Part shown: positions 1 through 7,768 of the stretch, in pieces
How positions within the stretch are numbered: the first letter of the stretch is position 1
Layout of the letters: each line of letters begins with the position of its first letter
Origin: an uncultured Candidatus Saccharibacteria bacterium
GTDB lineage: Bacteria; Patescibacteriota; CALEFQ01
DNA length: 37,348 bases
NCBI GenBank assembly: GCA_964391305.1
Contig: CAYMJO010000001.1
Location: 24,194-61,541 of the forward strand
Direction: 5' to 3'
Translations under genes and position numbers: made by a program
The notes under the pieces: generated by a model
Database searches by the model: none
Seen by the model: only the letters and a program-made list of their open reading frames with translations
What the model was told of the DNA's origin: nothing

Positions 1-22
1 AAGCCTGTCTATTTTAATGCCT

Positions 23-40
23 AGCAGGCTTGCGCCTGCT
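23..40 (-). terminator. Candidate hairpin downstream of hypE
   Basis: AGCAGGC-(4 nt loop)-GCCTGCT 7-bp GC-rich stem about 30 nt after the hypE stop. There is no clear U-tract. Confidence 0.3.
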
Positions 41-70
41 CTCCGACTTGAAATATAAACTAGAACCTTA

Positions 71-1039
71 TCAACATATCCTCGGCACAAGCTTTCCTTC
101 CGGCCAATCCAAGAATCTTTCCCCAAATTCCGTCTTCAAAACAACGCCTAGTCCCTTTTCAACTTTGCCAATAATGCTCGCGTCTTTAGAATATTTTTTC
201 AAAGTTTTCAAAACTTTGTCAAAGTTTTTCAAACTTGTCCCGCACACAAATCGCCCCTCGCACGCGAGTGAATACACATCAAGCCCAAGAAGCTCTGAAA
301 CCGCTCGAGTTTCCTTTTTTACAGGAATGGCTTCTTCATCTATGACAATCTTAACTCGCGACTTTTCTGCGATTTCGTTCAAGACAGAAGCAATCCCTCC
401 GCGCGTCGGATCCTTGCACGCGTGAAGATATTTTTTCACGGAATTCACCTCTTTGAAAATCGGCGCGCAATCGCTCTTCAAATTAGAATCGTAATCAAAA
501 CGCTTCGAAAGCAAAGCCACCGCATGGTCGCCGATGCTTCCAGAGAGCACAACAACGTCTCCAATCGAAAGTCCTGAATTTCTTATTAATTTTTTCGCGA
601 GACCAATACCAGAAGTGTTTATAATAATCTTATCAACGCTTCCCTTCTCCATCACTTTTGTATCGCCAGTAACAATCGGTACTTTTTCTTTTTTTGAAAT
701 TTTTGAAATAGAATCCAAAATTTTATCAAAATCTTTTTTAGAGAAACCATCTTCAATAACAAAGCTCAACGAAAGTCCAAGTGGCTCCGCTCCCTTGACT
801 GAAAGATCGTTTATAGTCCCGCATACCGCGAGTTTGCCGATATCTCCGCCAGCGAAAAATATCGGATCAACGATATATGAGTCCGTCGTGAAAACGATAT
901 ATTCGCCCCTAAACTTCAGCGCCGCCGCGTCATCGTCTTTGTCGATCCACTTTTTATCAAATTTTAAACGCCTCAAAATTTCCCCAACAAGTTCCAAAGA
1001 ATCCTTGCCTCCTGAACCATGGGACAGATTGATGTCCAT
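71..1039 (-). CDS. hypE: [NiFe]-hydrogenase maturation protein HypE
   Basis: 322-aa ORF with ATG start. PurM/AIR-synthase-like sequence with N-terminal HGSGG and the diagnostic C-terminal PRIC tetrapeptide. Follows hypC-hypD. Confidence 0.9.
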   Translation of the reverse strand: MDINLSHGSGGKDSLELVGEILRRLKFDKKWIDKDDDAAALKFRGEYIVFTTDSYIVDPIFFAGGDIGKLAVCGTINDLSVKGAEPLGLSLSFVIEDGFSKKDFDKILDSISKISKKEKVPIVTGDTKVMEKGSVDKIIINTSGIGLAKKLIRNSGLSIGDVVVLSGSIGDHAVALLSKRFDYDSNLKSDCAPIFKEVNSVKKYLHACKDPTRGGIASVLNEIAEKSRVKIVIDEEAIPVKKETRAVSELLGLDVYSLACEGRFVCGTSLKNFDKVLKTLKKYSKDASIIGKVEKGLGVVLKTEFGERFLDWPEGKLVPRIC

Positions 1040-1111
1040 AAAAATAAAAAGAAATATTTAAAAAAATTCTCTAATCATACTGGCATAAACACTTCTCATA
1101 ATCAGAAACTT

Positions 1112-2152
1112 TCAAACATTTGAACTAAACCTATATTCCACGTTGCATGCGCCTTCTCTTGAAACCATGCAAGCGCCCCGGGGATTTTCTGGCGTGCAAA
1201 TCTTCCCAAATAATTTGCACTCGGACGGTTTTTTGCAGCTGACTATAACCTGATCGCAAACACAGCCCTTATTGGAAGTTTTTGATTTAACTTTTTCTAA
1301 AATACTTCTAAAAATAACTTTTGCGTCTTGAGTTTTGTATTTTGGTTTCAATTCCAGACCTGAATCAGGAATCTTGCCAAAACCTCTCCACTCCCCGTCT
1401 TTTTTCAAAAAAACTTCATCGAGCAGATTTTGCGCGATCACATTTCCGGAAGGTCTGACCAATCGAGAATATTCATTCTCAATTTTGCTTTCACCATTTT
1501 TAATCTGTAAAAGCAGCATGTAAACTGCCGCCAAAACGTCTTCCGGCATAAAACCCGTTATAACCTGCGGTTTTCTTATTTTTTTGTAAGGCGAAAGTCC
1601 GATTATCGTGGAAACATGGCCCGGATTTATAAAGCCGTCAATTCTAATACGGGGATTCTGTGTAAGCGCAATCATCGCCGGCGGAAAAAGCTTGTGAGCG
1701 GAATAAATCTTCAAACCGCGCTTCACGGCAGACGCGGTCATCGGCGCAGTGGTCTCAAAGCCGATTCCAAAGAAAACCAAATTTGTATTTTTTTTACAAA
1801 TCTTCAAAGCGTCTTCAACGGAATAAACGGTAAAAACTTGAGCGCCTTTTGATTTCGCGCCTGCCAAACTCATCACTGTCCCCGGAACAGAAAGAACATC
1901 GCCGTAACACGCGATTGGAACGCCATTCAAAGCGAGCGCGACAATGGCATCGATGTCTTTCTGCGAAGTTACGCAAACTGGACATCCAGGCCCGGACACA
2001 AGCTCGACATTCGCGGGCATTGCTTGACGCAAACCGCTCTTTGCGATCGCTTCCGTGTGTGTGCCGCAAACCTCCATAATTCTGATACTGCGTTCCAATT
2101 CATTGGCAAGGCTTCTAATTTTATCGACAATTTTTCTAAAATCTCTTCGCAT
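1112..2152 (-). CDS. hypD: [NiFe]-hydrogenase maturation Fe-S protein HypD
   Basis: 346-aa ORF with HypD signatures CGTHT, GPGCPVC and GFETT, plus C-terminal Cys residues. Stop lies 3 nt before... its start lies 3 nt after the hypC stop. Confidence 0.9.
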   Translation of the reverse strand: MRRDFRKIVDKIRSLANELERSIRIMEVCGTHTEAIAKSGLRQAMPANVELVSGPGCPVCVTSQKDIDAIVALALNGVPIACYGDVLSVPGTVMSLAGAKSKGAQVFTVYSVEDALKICKKNTNLVFFGIGFETTAPMTASAVKRGLKIYSAHKLFPPAMIALTQNPRIRIDGFINPGHVSTIIGLSPYKKIRKPQVITGFMPEDVLAAVYMLLLQIKNGESKIENEYSRLVRPSGNVIAQNLLDEVFLKKDGEWRGFGKIPDSGLELKPKYKTQDAKVIFRSILEKVKSKTSNKGCVCDQVIVSCKKPSECKLFGKICTPENPRGACMVSREGACNVEYRFSSNV

Positions 2153-2155
2153 ATC

Positions 2156-2368
2156 TTAAATAATGCCAATCAACTTCAAAATCCCTCGCGCCTCTTTCTC
2201 ATTCAACTTGCCGATCGCAAACCCCGTATGCACTGTAACCCAATTCCCCTTTTTCAAGTTTTTCACCAATTCAATATTTACGGATTTTTTTACTCCATTA
2301 AAAGAAACAACCGCTTTCTTCTCCTTGCGGTCAATCCTGACTATTTTGCCTGGGACTGCAAGACACAT
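2156..2368 (-). CDS. hypC: [NiFe]-hydrogenase assembly chaperone HypC/HupF
   Basis: 70-aa ORF starting MCLAVPGKIV, the conserved N-terminal Cys2 motif of HypC. Immediately upstream of hypD. Confidence 0.85.
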   Translation of the reverse strand: MCLAVPGKIVRIDRKEKKAVVSFNGVKKSVNIELVKNLKKGNWVTVHTGFAIGKLNEKEARGILKLIGII

Positions 2369-2449
2369 AAAATATAGGATAGTCTGAAAAATTGATGTTT
2401 GTAGCTTAACTATAATTATACCAATTTTTACTCATTCCTCAAAGAGTTT

Positions 2450-3385
2450 TTAAATACGATTGTATTTTCTAAAGACTTCTTCTATTTTATCTTTATTTTT
2501 GAGAATTTCTTTATATCTTAAATAATTCCATTCATAAATTTTGTTAGAACCTTCCTGATAAATATATCTGATAGCTTGAAAAATCACATAAGACCATAGT
2601 TCTTCAAACTTGACTGTCTCCATAGAATCATCAAAATAACCTTCAAAAAATGCATCCAACCAAGTCTCATAAAAAATAACTTCATCTCTTTCTTTCCCGA
2701 ACCCTAGTTTTGGAAAATCAAATTTAACCAAAAATGTCATGTAAACGATCACAAATGAAAGATCAAGCAAAGAAGGTCCAATGATAATATTGTCGAAATC
2801 GATTAGAAATATTTTGCCATTACTGACTATCGTATTATAAAAACTAGGGTCACTGTGAACTAAACTCATCCGATTTAAAGATAACCTGGTTTCTTTTAAA
2901 CAATTGAGAAGTTCGGATTTAATTTTTGAATCCTTTGACTTCTTCGTAATGATTTCGACAACTTTGTCTTTTGCATTTTTCGGTTCAAATTTTGAAAAAT
3001 CCAAAATGATTCTTTTCTTATGTAATAGAAATAGCGTTTGCCCCAATTTGAAGAAATTTTTTTTTGAGGGACGCCCTTCTTGGCCTTCAATAAAATCATA
3101 TACAAAGTACATAAATCTTTTATCTTTAATATACTCTTGGCCACCGACAGTTCTGATTATATGGATAGTTGGAAAATCATTTTTTTCCAGTTCCACAAGT
3201 ACAGAAAGTCTTTTTTTATTTTCTGCGCTAAATTCAATTTTTTTTAAAATAAATTTCTGAAGACCAGCATTGAATTTATAAGCTAACCTATCACCACGCG
3301 TCTCAAGCTCCCCAAGAATTTCCACCGCAGGAAAACCATACTTTTTTTTTAAGAGCTTTTTAATGAATTGTTTTGTAATTTTCAT
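2450..3385 (-). CDS. Aminoglycoside/choline-kinase-like phosphotransferase (APH family)
   Basis: 311-aa ORF with the catalytic loop HSDPSFYN (HxDxxxxN) followed by IDFD (DFD metal-binding motif), as in the APH/homoserine-kinase-II fold. Confidence 0.65.
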   Translation of the reverse strand: MKITKQFIKKLLKKKYGFPAVEILGELETRGDRLAYKFNAGLQKFILKKIEFSAENKKRLSVLVELEKNDFPTIHIIRTVGGQEYIKDKRFMYFVYDFIEGQEGRPSKKNFFKLGQTLFLLHKKRIILDFSKFEPKNAKDKVVEIITKKSKDSKIKSELLNCLKETRLSLNRMSLVHSDPSFYNTIVSNGKIFLIDFDNIIIGPSLLDLSFVIVYMTFLVKFDFPKLGFGKERDEVIFYETWLDAFFEGYFDDSMETVKFEELWSYVIFQAIRYIYQEGSNKIYEWNYLRYKEILKNKDKIEEVFRKYNRI

Positions 3386-3476
3386 ATTTAGTTAGAAGGA
3401 TATCACATAATTAAAATTAGACGGCTACTCCCCCTAAGTTTATGTCTCAGAGAAACAGTCGTGGCTACATAGATAA

Positions 3477-3505
3477 GGGGAAGGTTCGATTTTCGAACCC
3501 TACCC
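3477..3505 (-). terminator. Hairpin after the small ORF / radical-SAM cassette
   Basis: Core stem GGTTCGA-TTT-TCGAACC (3483-3499). It extends on the minus-strand RNA with G-C and G-U pairs (GGGUAGGGUUCGA...UCGAACCUUCCCC). Lies 9 nt after the TGA of the 30-aa ORF. Tail is only weakly U-rich. Confidence 0.45.
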
Positions 3506-3513
3506 TGGATAAC

Positions 3514-3606
3514 TCAGTAGGTCTGGCTGCGAGAACTACATTTTCTGCAGTTAGCACCAGCGGACCTTGCTGTGCTGGCATTCCTGATGGGTATGAACTT
3601 CTTCAT
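3514..3606 (-). CDS. Unannotated 30-aa ORF MKKFIPIRNASTARSAGANCRKCSSRSQTY, candidate precursor peptide
   Basis: ATG at 3606 preceded by AGGAGGTG (3614-3621) with 7-nt spacing, TGA at 3514-3516. Overlaps the last 56 nt of the radical-SAM ORF in another frame. Followed by a hairpin. Too short for the supplied ORF track. Confidence 0.35.
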   Translation of the reverse strand: MKKFIPIRNASTARSAGANCRKCSSRSQTY

Positions 3607-4813
3607 GGCCGTTCACCTCCTTTCTCCGTTCAAAAGCTGAGATTGCCTCTCTCACAAAACTGGGTTGTGTAAAAAGATCTCCAGTTTCAGAATAGTTATT
3701 GCCTGGGCAGAAACAGTAAACGTAGTCACGTTCAACATTGCTACATCGCATTTCGCGGTAAAACTCCATCTCTCTGGACCTATAGATATCATCAATAGTC
3801 GAGATTAGGATGTTACCTACTGACACAGGGAGCTGGCTACAAGGTTGGACTATACCTTCCGCATTAATGGAAAATAATGCTTTTCCTGCTTCACAGATTG
3901 GTTCATTTGAATCAACGAATTCGATTCTGATTAGAAATTGTGGGTTTTCAATACAAAAGTTCCGAAACTGTTCTGGGCTGATGTTGAGACTGGATTTATC
4001 AGTCTTCACGGAATAGTACTCATTTACAATGGGCCATGAAAAATCTTGACGTATGTTCAGCCGTTCAAAGTAGTCCCGAGTTTGTCCGTGAGAATCAAAG
4101 TTTAGTGTCATAAGCGGCGTAGCTACTTCAACATAGAAACCGTGCTTCTTCAACCACAAGAGATTCCCCATAGTTTTACTCCATGACCCTTCTTTAGTCG
4201 TCACTTGATCATGTACCTTGGAATCGGATGAGTAAACCGAAGTTTGGATTCTTCCAATCCTCGTGTCAGTCGGATCAATTGTCCTAAACCATTCAGGGAT
4301 CATTTGCAGATTCGAGAATATTTCGAAAACAAATCCCATTCTCGAGATTGTTTCCACGAGAAACTCCATCTTGGTGTTAAGGAACGGCTCACCACCCGTA
4401 AGAACGATTAAGAAGACTCCCATTCTCTTGAGACGTTCAAAGAAAGCAACAATTTCCTTTTTCGACATTTGCTCTATAAAGCTAGGAGCTCTAGACTCGA
4501 CGCTTTCTTTCCCAAGATAACAGTGGAGGCAACAGAGCAGACAACGCCGATTCAGTTCTAGATTCACCATGGTCGGAAATGAGAACTCCATACCAAGATT
4601 AGCTAGATGAGTACGGCACAAACGCGTGTTGGCCTGTCCCTGTTCATTGAAGAATTCAACAGTATCCTCGGTTAAATCAGCTTCTTGGTTTCCCTTATAG
4701 GTCATCAGAAATTCGGCATCTTTCTCATTGATTTCAAAAGTCAATATCTCGCCAGAGGCGGTGTTCAGAAAATGTGCGAACTCTCCAACAACTCGATAAA
4801 TCACTCTGTTCAT
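3551..4813 (-). CDS. Radical SAM / SPASM-type peptide-modifying enzyme with N-terminal RRE (PqqD-like) region
   Basis: CLLCCLHC = CX3CX2C radical-SAM cluster motif, followed by a GGEP SAM-binding motif. C-terminal CEAGKALFSINAEGIVQPC (CX12GX4C) plus CX10CXC auxiliary-cluster Cys residues. About 85 aa before the core resemble PqqD-like RREs (HFLNTASGEILTFEINEKDAEFL). Start placed at ATG 4813, which has GGAGG 7 nt upstream; the ORF track extends to 4915. Confidence 0.85.
   Translation of the reverse strand: MNRVIYRVVGEFAHFLNTASGEILTFEINEKDAEFLMTYKGNQEADLTEDTVEFFNEQGQANTRLCRTHLANLGMEFSFPTMVNLELNRRCLLCCLHCYLGKESVESRAPSFIEQMSKKEIVAFFERLKRMGVFLIVLTGGEPFLNTKMEFLVETISRMGFVFEIFSNLQMIPEWFRTIDPTDTRIGRIQTSVYSSDSKVHDQVTTKEGSWSKTMGNLLWLKKHGFYVEVATPLMTLNFDSHGQTRDYFERLNIRQDFSWPIVNEYYSVKTDKSSLNISPEQFRNFCIENPQFLIRIEFVDSNEPICEAGKALFSINAEGIVQPCSQLPVSVGNILISTIDDIYRSREMEFYREMRCSNVERDYVYCFCPGNNYSETGDLFTQPSFVREAISAFERRKEVNGHEEVHTHQECQHSKVRWC
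3614..3621 (-). promoter_or_regulatory. Shine-Dalgarno site (AGGAGGTG) for the 30-aa ORF
   Basis: Perfect anti-SD complement 7 nt upstream of the ATG, embedded in the 3' end of the radical-SAM gene. Confidence 0.5.
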
Positions 4814-4820
4814 AATGTCC

Positions 4821-4825
4821 CCTCC
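4821..4825 (-). promoter_or_regulatory. Shine-Dalgarno site (GGAAGGAGGGG) for the radical-SAM gene
   Basis: GGAGG core 7 nt upstream of ATG 4813. Confidence 0.55.
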
Positions 4826-4998
4826 TTCCAAAGTTCGTGGTTTTGGATATGGCGACAAAGTCCGCACACAGAGTTTCCCCTGCTTAAGAACTTCAAGTTC
4901 TACAATATCCAACATCCGACCGAATCGTAAACAACGACTTACTTACATTTAAATATCTCATCTCTATCGTCCAAAACTTAGACATCTGGACTTCAAAT

Positions 4999-5355
4999 TT
5001 AACAAGTGGTATGTATCAACGCGTTAACTTTTCTTCCTCCTTCAAAAAGCTTATTGTACTTCTCAATGGCCTTTGGCGTCTCAAGCTCAATAAGTTCTAC
5101 TTCCGAAAGTTTTTTTCGAACATCATCGGTAACTTCCAAAACTCCGTTTTGCCCGGTGCCGACAACAACAATTTCTGGTTTATTGCCCAAAAGTTTTTCA
5201 ACTTCCCAATCACCAATCCTGTGCGTAGTTCCAAAAAGCTCGTCCAAGCGCGCTTCATTTCGCTCTTCAACGAAATCTCCGATAACAAGAACTTGCTTGT
5301 AAATTTTGCCGTCAATGGTGACAGAACCAAATTTTGTAGAATCTATATGCGGCAT
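4999..5355 (-). CDS. Mth938-like domain protein (DUF498 family)
   Basis: 118-aa ORF with FGSVTIDGKIY, VVVGTG and a C-terminal ALIHTTC tail, typical of the Mth938/NDUFAF3-like fold. Confidence 0.65.
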   Translation of the reverse strand: MPHIDSTKFGSVTIDGKIYKQVLVIGDFVEERNEARLDELFGTTHRIGDWEVEKLLGNKPEIVVVGTGQNGVLEVTDDVRKKLSEVELIELETPKAIEKYNKLFEGGRKVNALIHTTC

Positions 5356-5366
5356 AGATTTGCAAA

Positions 5367-6194
5367 TTATATTATGCCTCTGATCTTTTCGATCTCCGAA
5401 AATTTAAAAACTGGACCATCTTTACAAACAAGCTTTCCGCCAATACCGCAATGCTGACACTGCCCAACTCCGCATTCCATGTGCCGCTCAAACGAAATGT
5501 ATATGCTGTCATTTTTAATCCCTTTTTTATTAAGCTCGGCTATGACGAATTTGCACATCACCGGAGGACCAATCACAAAAGCCAAAGGGTCTTTTATGAT
5601 TTTTTTTGTTTCAAAAAGTTTCGTGATCAAGCCTTCGTCACATTTCAACCCGCAATTGTTTTTTTCACGTTTATCGACCGTGAGATGAACGTTAAATTCA
5701 TCTTTCCACGTCTCGAGCTCTTTTTTATACAAAAAATCCCTCTCGCATTTTGCTCCGTACAACAGCTGAATATCTTTGTAATTGTCCGGATTTTCTAAAT
5801 AATCCAAAATCACGGCTCGCAGCGGAATAATTCCAATTCCGCCAGCAACCAAGAGAACATTTTTGCTTTTGAGCTCTTTCATCGGAAAGCCCCTACCAAG
5901 CGGTCCCCGAACGCCAACAATATCGTTAATCTCGCTCTCGTGCAATCTGCCAGTAAGCTTTCCGGCTTTTCGAACGCAAATTTCAAATGTTTCAGGCCTG
6001 CAAGAGCACGACCCATATCCAAGAGGAGCTTCCCCAAATCCTGGAATCGAGAACATCAAAAATTGCCCGGGAATAAAAAAGAAATTTTTTTGATCATCGG
6101 GATCCGTATATCGCAAAACAAAAGACTTCACGTCCAAAGCTTCGTCTCTGATTGCAATAATTTTCGCTGGTCTGGGTTTATAAATATTTTTCAT
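5367..6194 (-). CDS. FAD/NAD(P)-binding oxidoreductase with C-terminal [2Fe-2S] site (sulfhydrogenase gamma HydG / AsrB / PyrK-like)
   Basis: 275-aa ORF with a ferredoxin-reductase-type N-terminus (RPAKI..., GQFLMF), GGIGIIP nucleotide-binding loop and C-terminal CGVGQCQHCG...C cluster motif. Confidence 0.75.
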   Translation of the reverse strand: MKNIYKPRPAKIIAIRDEALDVKSFVLRYTDPDDQKNFFFIPGQFLMFSIPGFGEAPLGYGSCSCRPETFEICVRKAGKLTGRLHESEINDIVGVRGPLGRGFPMKELKSKNVLLVAGGIGIIPLRAVILDYLENPDNYKDIQLLYGAKCERDFLYKKELETWKDEFNVHLTVDKREKNNCGLKCDEGLITKLFETKKIIKDPLAFVIGPPVMCKFVIAELNKKGIKNDSIYISFERHMECGVGQCQHCGIGGKLVCKDGPVFKFSEIEKIRGII

Positions 6195-6236
6195 GACTTT
6201 TATTAAATCCGATCCCGCCGCGGCGGGATCGCGCTT

Positions 6237-7208
6237 TTATTCTTTTATACACTCAATATTCTCCTTGATATTAATCCCCACTGGACATGCCGCGGTGCAT
6301 CTTCCACATCCAACGCATCCCCGCATATTGTACATAGCAGGATCTCTGACAAATTTGTGTTCATACCAGAAATAAATCCGCTTTTCGGTTGAATTCAAAA
6401 ATTTGTAGCCGCCGGCAATCCTTGAGAATTCAGGAAAAAAGCATGTATCCCATTCTCTTTTGCGACGAGCCTCGCCCGATTGCACCTTTTCTTCGTCAAT
6501 CATCCGAAAGCAATAGCATGTGGGACAAACCAAAGTGCACTTGCCGCAATCGATGCAACGCGCGCCGAGATCTTTCCAAAGAGCTGTATTGTAAGACTTC
6601 TCCATCTTTTCTTTTATCGCAAGCATTTCTTCATCAATTTTTCCTTCCTGCAAGGGTCCCGCGTACGCCACGTTTTCATAGTCTCTGTATCCAAATTTTT
6701 CAAGCAATTTCTGCCCGTCTTCCGATCCTGTTATAATTTTGACTTTTCCGTTTCTTTTTTCCAAAAAAATATCAAACTGTACATGTTCTAAAATATTTTC
6801 TTCGAATCTGCCCTGAAATTCCACAAGCTCTCTTTCGTCTTTAGGCGCCAAAGCTTGGCCGATTATAATCGTGTTTCTTTTTCTCTCCTGATAATACGCA
6901 TCGTCTTTAAAAACTTGGTTGTACAAATCCAGCGCCTTCAAATCCAAAATAGTCGGTCCAATAAGAACTTGTCTCTTTGAAAATTTTATTTTTTTCAAAA
7001 CATCTCCATGTATGTTAAAAAGAGTTTCACTCGCCGCCAAAAAATATTTACGCCAAGAATAATACGTTACTTGTCCATCAAGCACAACTCGCTTCGGATC
7101 AAAAATTCTTCGAGAAACCCGAAGACCACCTTGCATCACGGGAGCAAAAATTCTATAACCCTCTTTTAATAAAAAAGAGATAAATTGCCTGAAATTTTCA
7201 GCGGTCAT
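6237..7208 (-). CDS. 4Fe-4S dicluster subunit (sulfhydrogenase beta HydB / AsrA-like)
   Basis: 323-aa ORF with CIDCGKCTLVCPTCYC and CVGCGRCTAACP ferredoxin-type motifs. Immediately upstream of the HydG-like gene. Confidence 0.75.
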   Translation of the reverse strand: MTAENFRQFISFLLKEGYRIFAPVMQGGLRVSRRIFDPKRVVLDGQVTYYSWRKYFLAASETLFNIHGDVLKKIKFSKRQVLIGPTILDLKALDLYNQVFKDDAYYQERKRNTIIIGQALAPKDERELVEFQGRFEENILEHVQFDIFLEKRNGKVKIITGSEDGQKLLEKFGYRDYENVAYAGPLQEGKIDEEMLAIKEKMEKSYNTALWKDLGARCIDCGKCTLVCPTCYCFRMIDEEKVQSGEARRKREWDTCFFPEFSRIAGGYKFLNSTEKRIYFWYEHKFVRDPAMYNMRGCVGCGRCTAACPVGINIKENIECIKE

Positions 7209-7768
7209 TAAAATGTTGTAATTGTTCTACTTGTTCTAATTGTTCTAAATTTTGGAAATTTTCTGAAATATTCTCGCTGACGCTTTCCCTCGACCACTTT
7301 AGCTCCACCTATTTCTCCTAATCTTGAATCCGAATAGATAAATATATAGACAACATTCTTATTATGAGAAAATAACAATCTTGCTGCGTCTTCTACACGA
7401 CCGGACATCAAAAGTTGCCGATTTTTATCAAAAAGACAACTTGTTACGCACCTTACTTGTCTATCATTTAAATATACAATCCCTTCTAAAACATCTAAAA
7501 TCGGTTTTATAATATTATCAACATCAGCTCTAATCCCCATCGATAATTTCGTCGACCAGTATATCTCAACCTCAATATCGCTTTCTTTTACAGGAGTATA
7601 AATTTTATACTTCTGCATTTCGACACAAGCAGATTCTTGAATATTCCGTTTGTACCTTAGCTTGATTTTTCTCTTATATTTACATTTCGAATTCACAGTA
7701 AGAGGCTTAGTAACCACACTAAATTTATAGACTGGAACTTCTTGTTTTTTATGTTTAAATGAATGCAT
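7208..7768 (-). CDS. RusA-family Holliday-junction resolvase-like protein
   Basis: ADVDNIIKPILDVLEGIVYLNDRQV fits the RusA pattern DxDNxxKxxxDxL...DxQV. Its TAA overlaps the hydB-like ATG (TAATG). The true start may be internal (MQKYKIY). Confidence 0.5.
   Translation of the reverse strand: MHSFKHKKQEVPVYKFSVVTKPLTVNSKCKYKRKIKLRYKRNIQESACVEMQKYKIYTPVKESDIEVEIYWSTKLSMGIRADVDNIIKPILDVLEGIVYLNDRQVRCVTSCLFDKNRQLLMSGRVEDAARLLFSHNKNVVYIFIYSDSRLGEIGGAKVVEGKRQREYFRKFPKFRTIRTSRTITTF
7224..7240. repeat. Left copy of a 17-bp inverted repeat (GTTCTACTTGTTCTAAT) inside three tandem TTGTTCTA units
   Basis: Exact reverse complement of 9277-9293. 7222-7248 reads TTGTTCTAc TTGTTCTAa TTGTTCTAa. Confidence 0.6.

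Noticed and set aside
3483-3499. GGTTCGA...TCGAACC resembles a tRNA T-arm (GGTTCGA).
   Set aside because: The loop is only 3 nt. There is no acceptor, D or anticodon arm around it. It fits better as a terminator hairpin after the small ORF.
3442-3672. 76-aa plus-strand ORF across the kinase/radical-SAM intergenic region.
   Set aside because: It lies antisense to the radical-SAM 3' end and the SD-driven small ORF. It has no start signal and an uninformative sequence.
4814-4915. 34-aa N-terminal extension of the radical-SAM ORF as given in the ORF track.
   Set aside because: The internal ATG at 4813 has a perfect GGAGG at 7-nt spacing and the upstream ATG has none. The extension adds no recognisable domain.
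4893-4985. Alternative 30-aa ORF (MSKFWTIEMRYLNVSKSLFTIRSDVGYCRT) upstream of the radical-SAM gene, as a possible precursor peptide.
   Set aside because: It has no SD or other start signal, in contrast to the two strong SDs in the cassette, and no notable motif. It cannot be excluded without comparative data.
7222-7248. Three tandem TTGTTCTA units, considered as a mini CRISPR-like or iteron array.
   Set aside because: They are far too short and have no spacers, so this is not a CRISPR array. They are retained only as part of the inverted-repeat observation.
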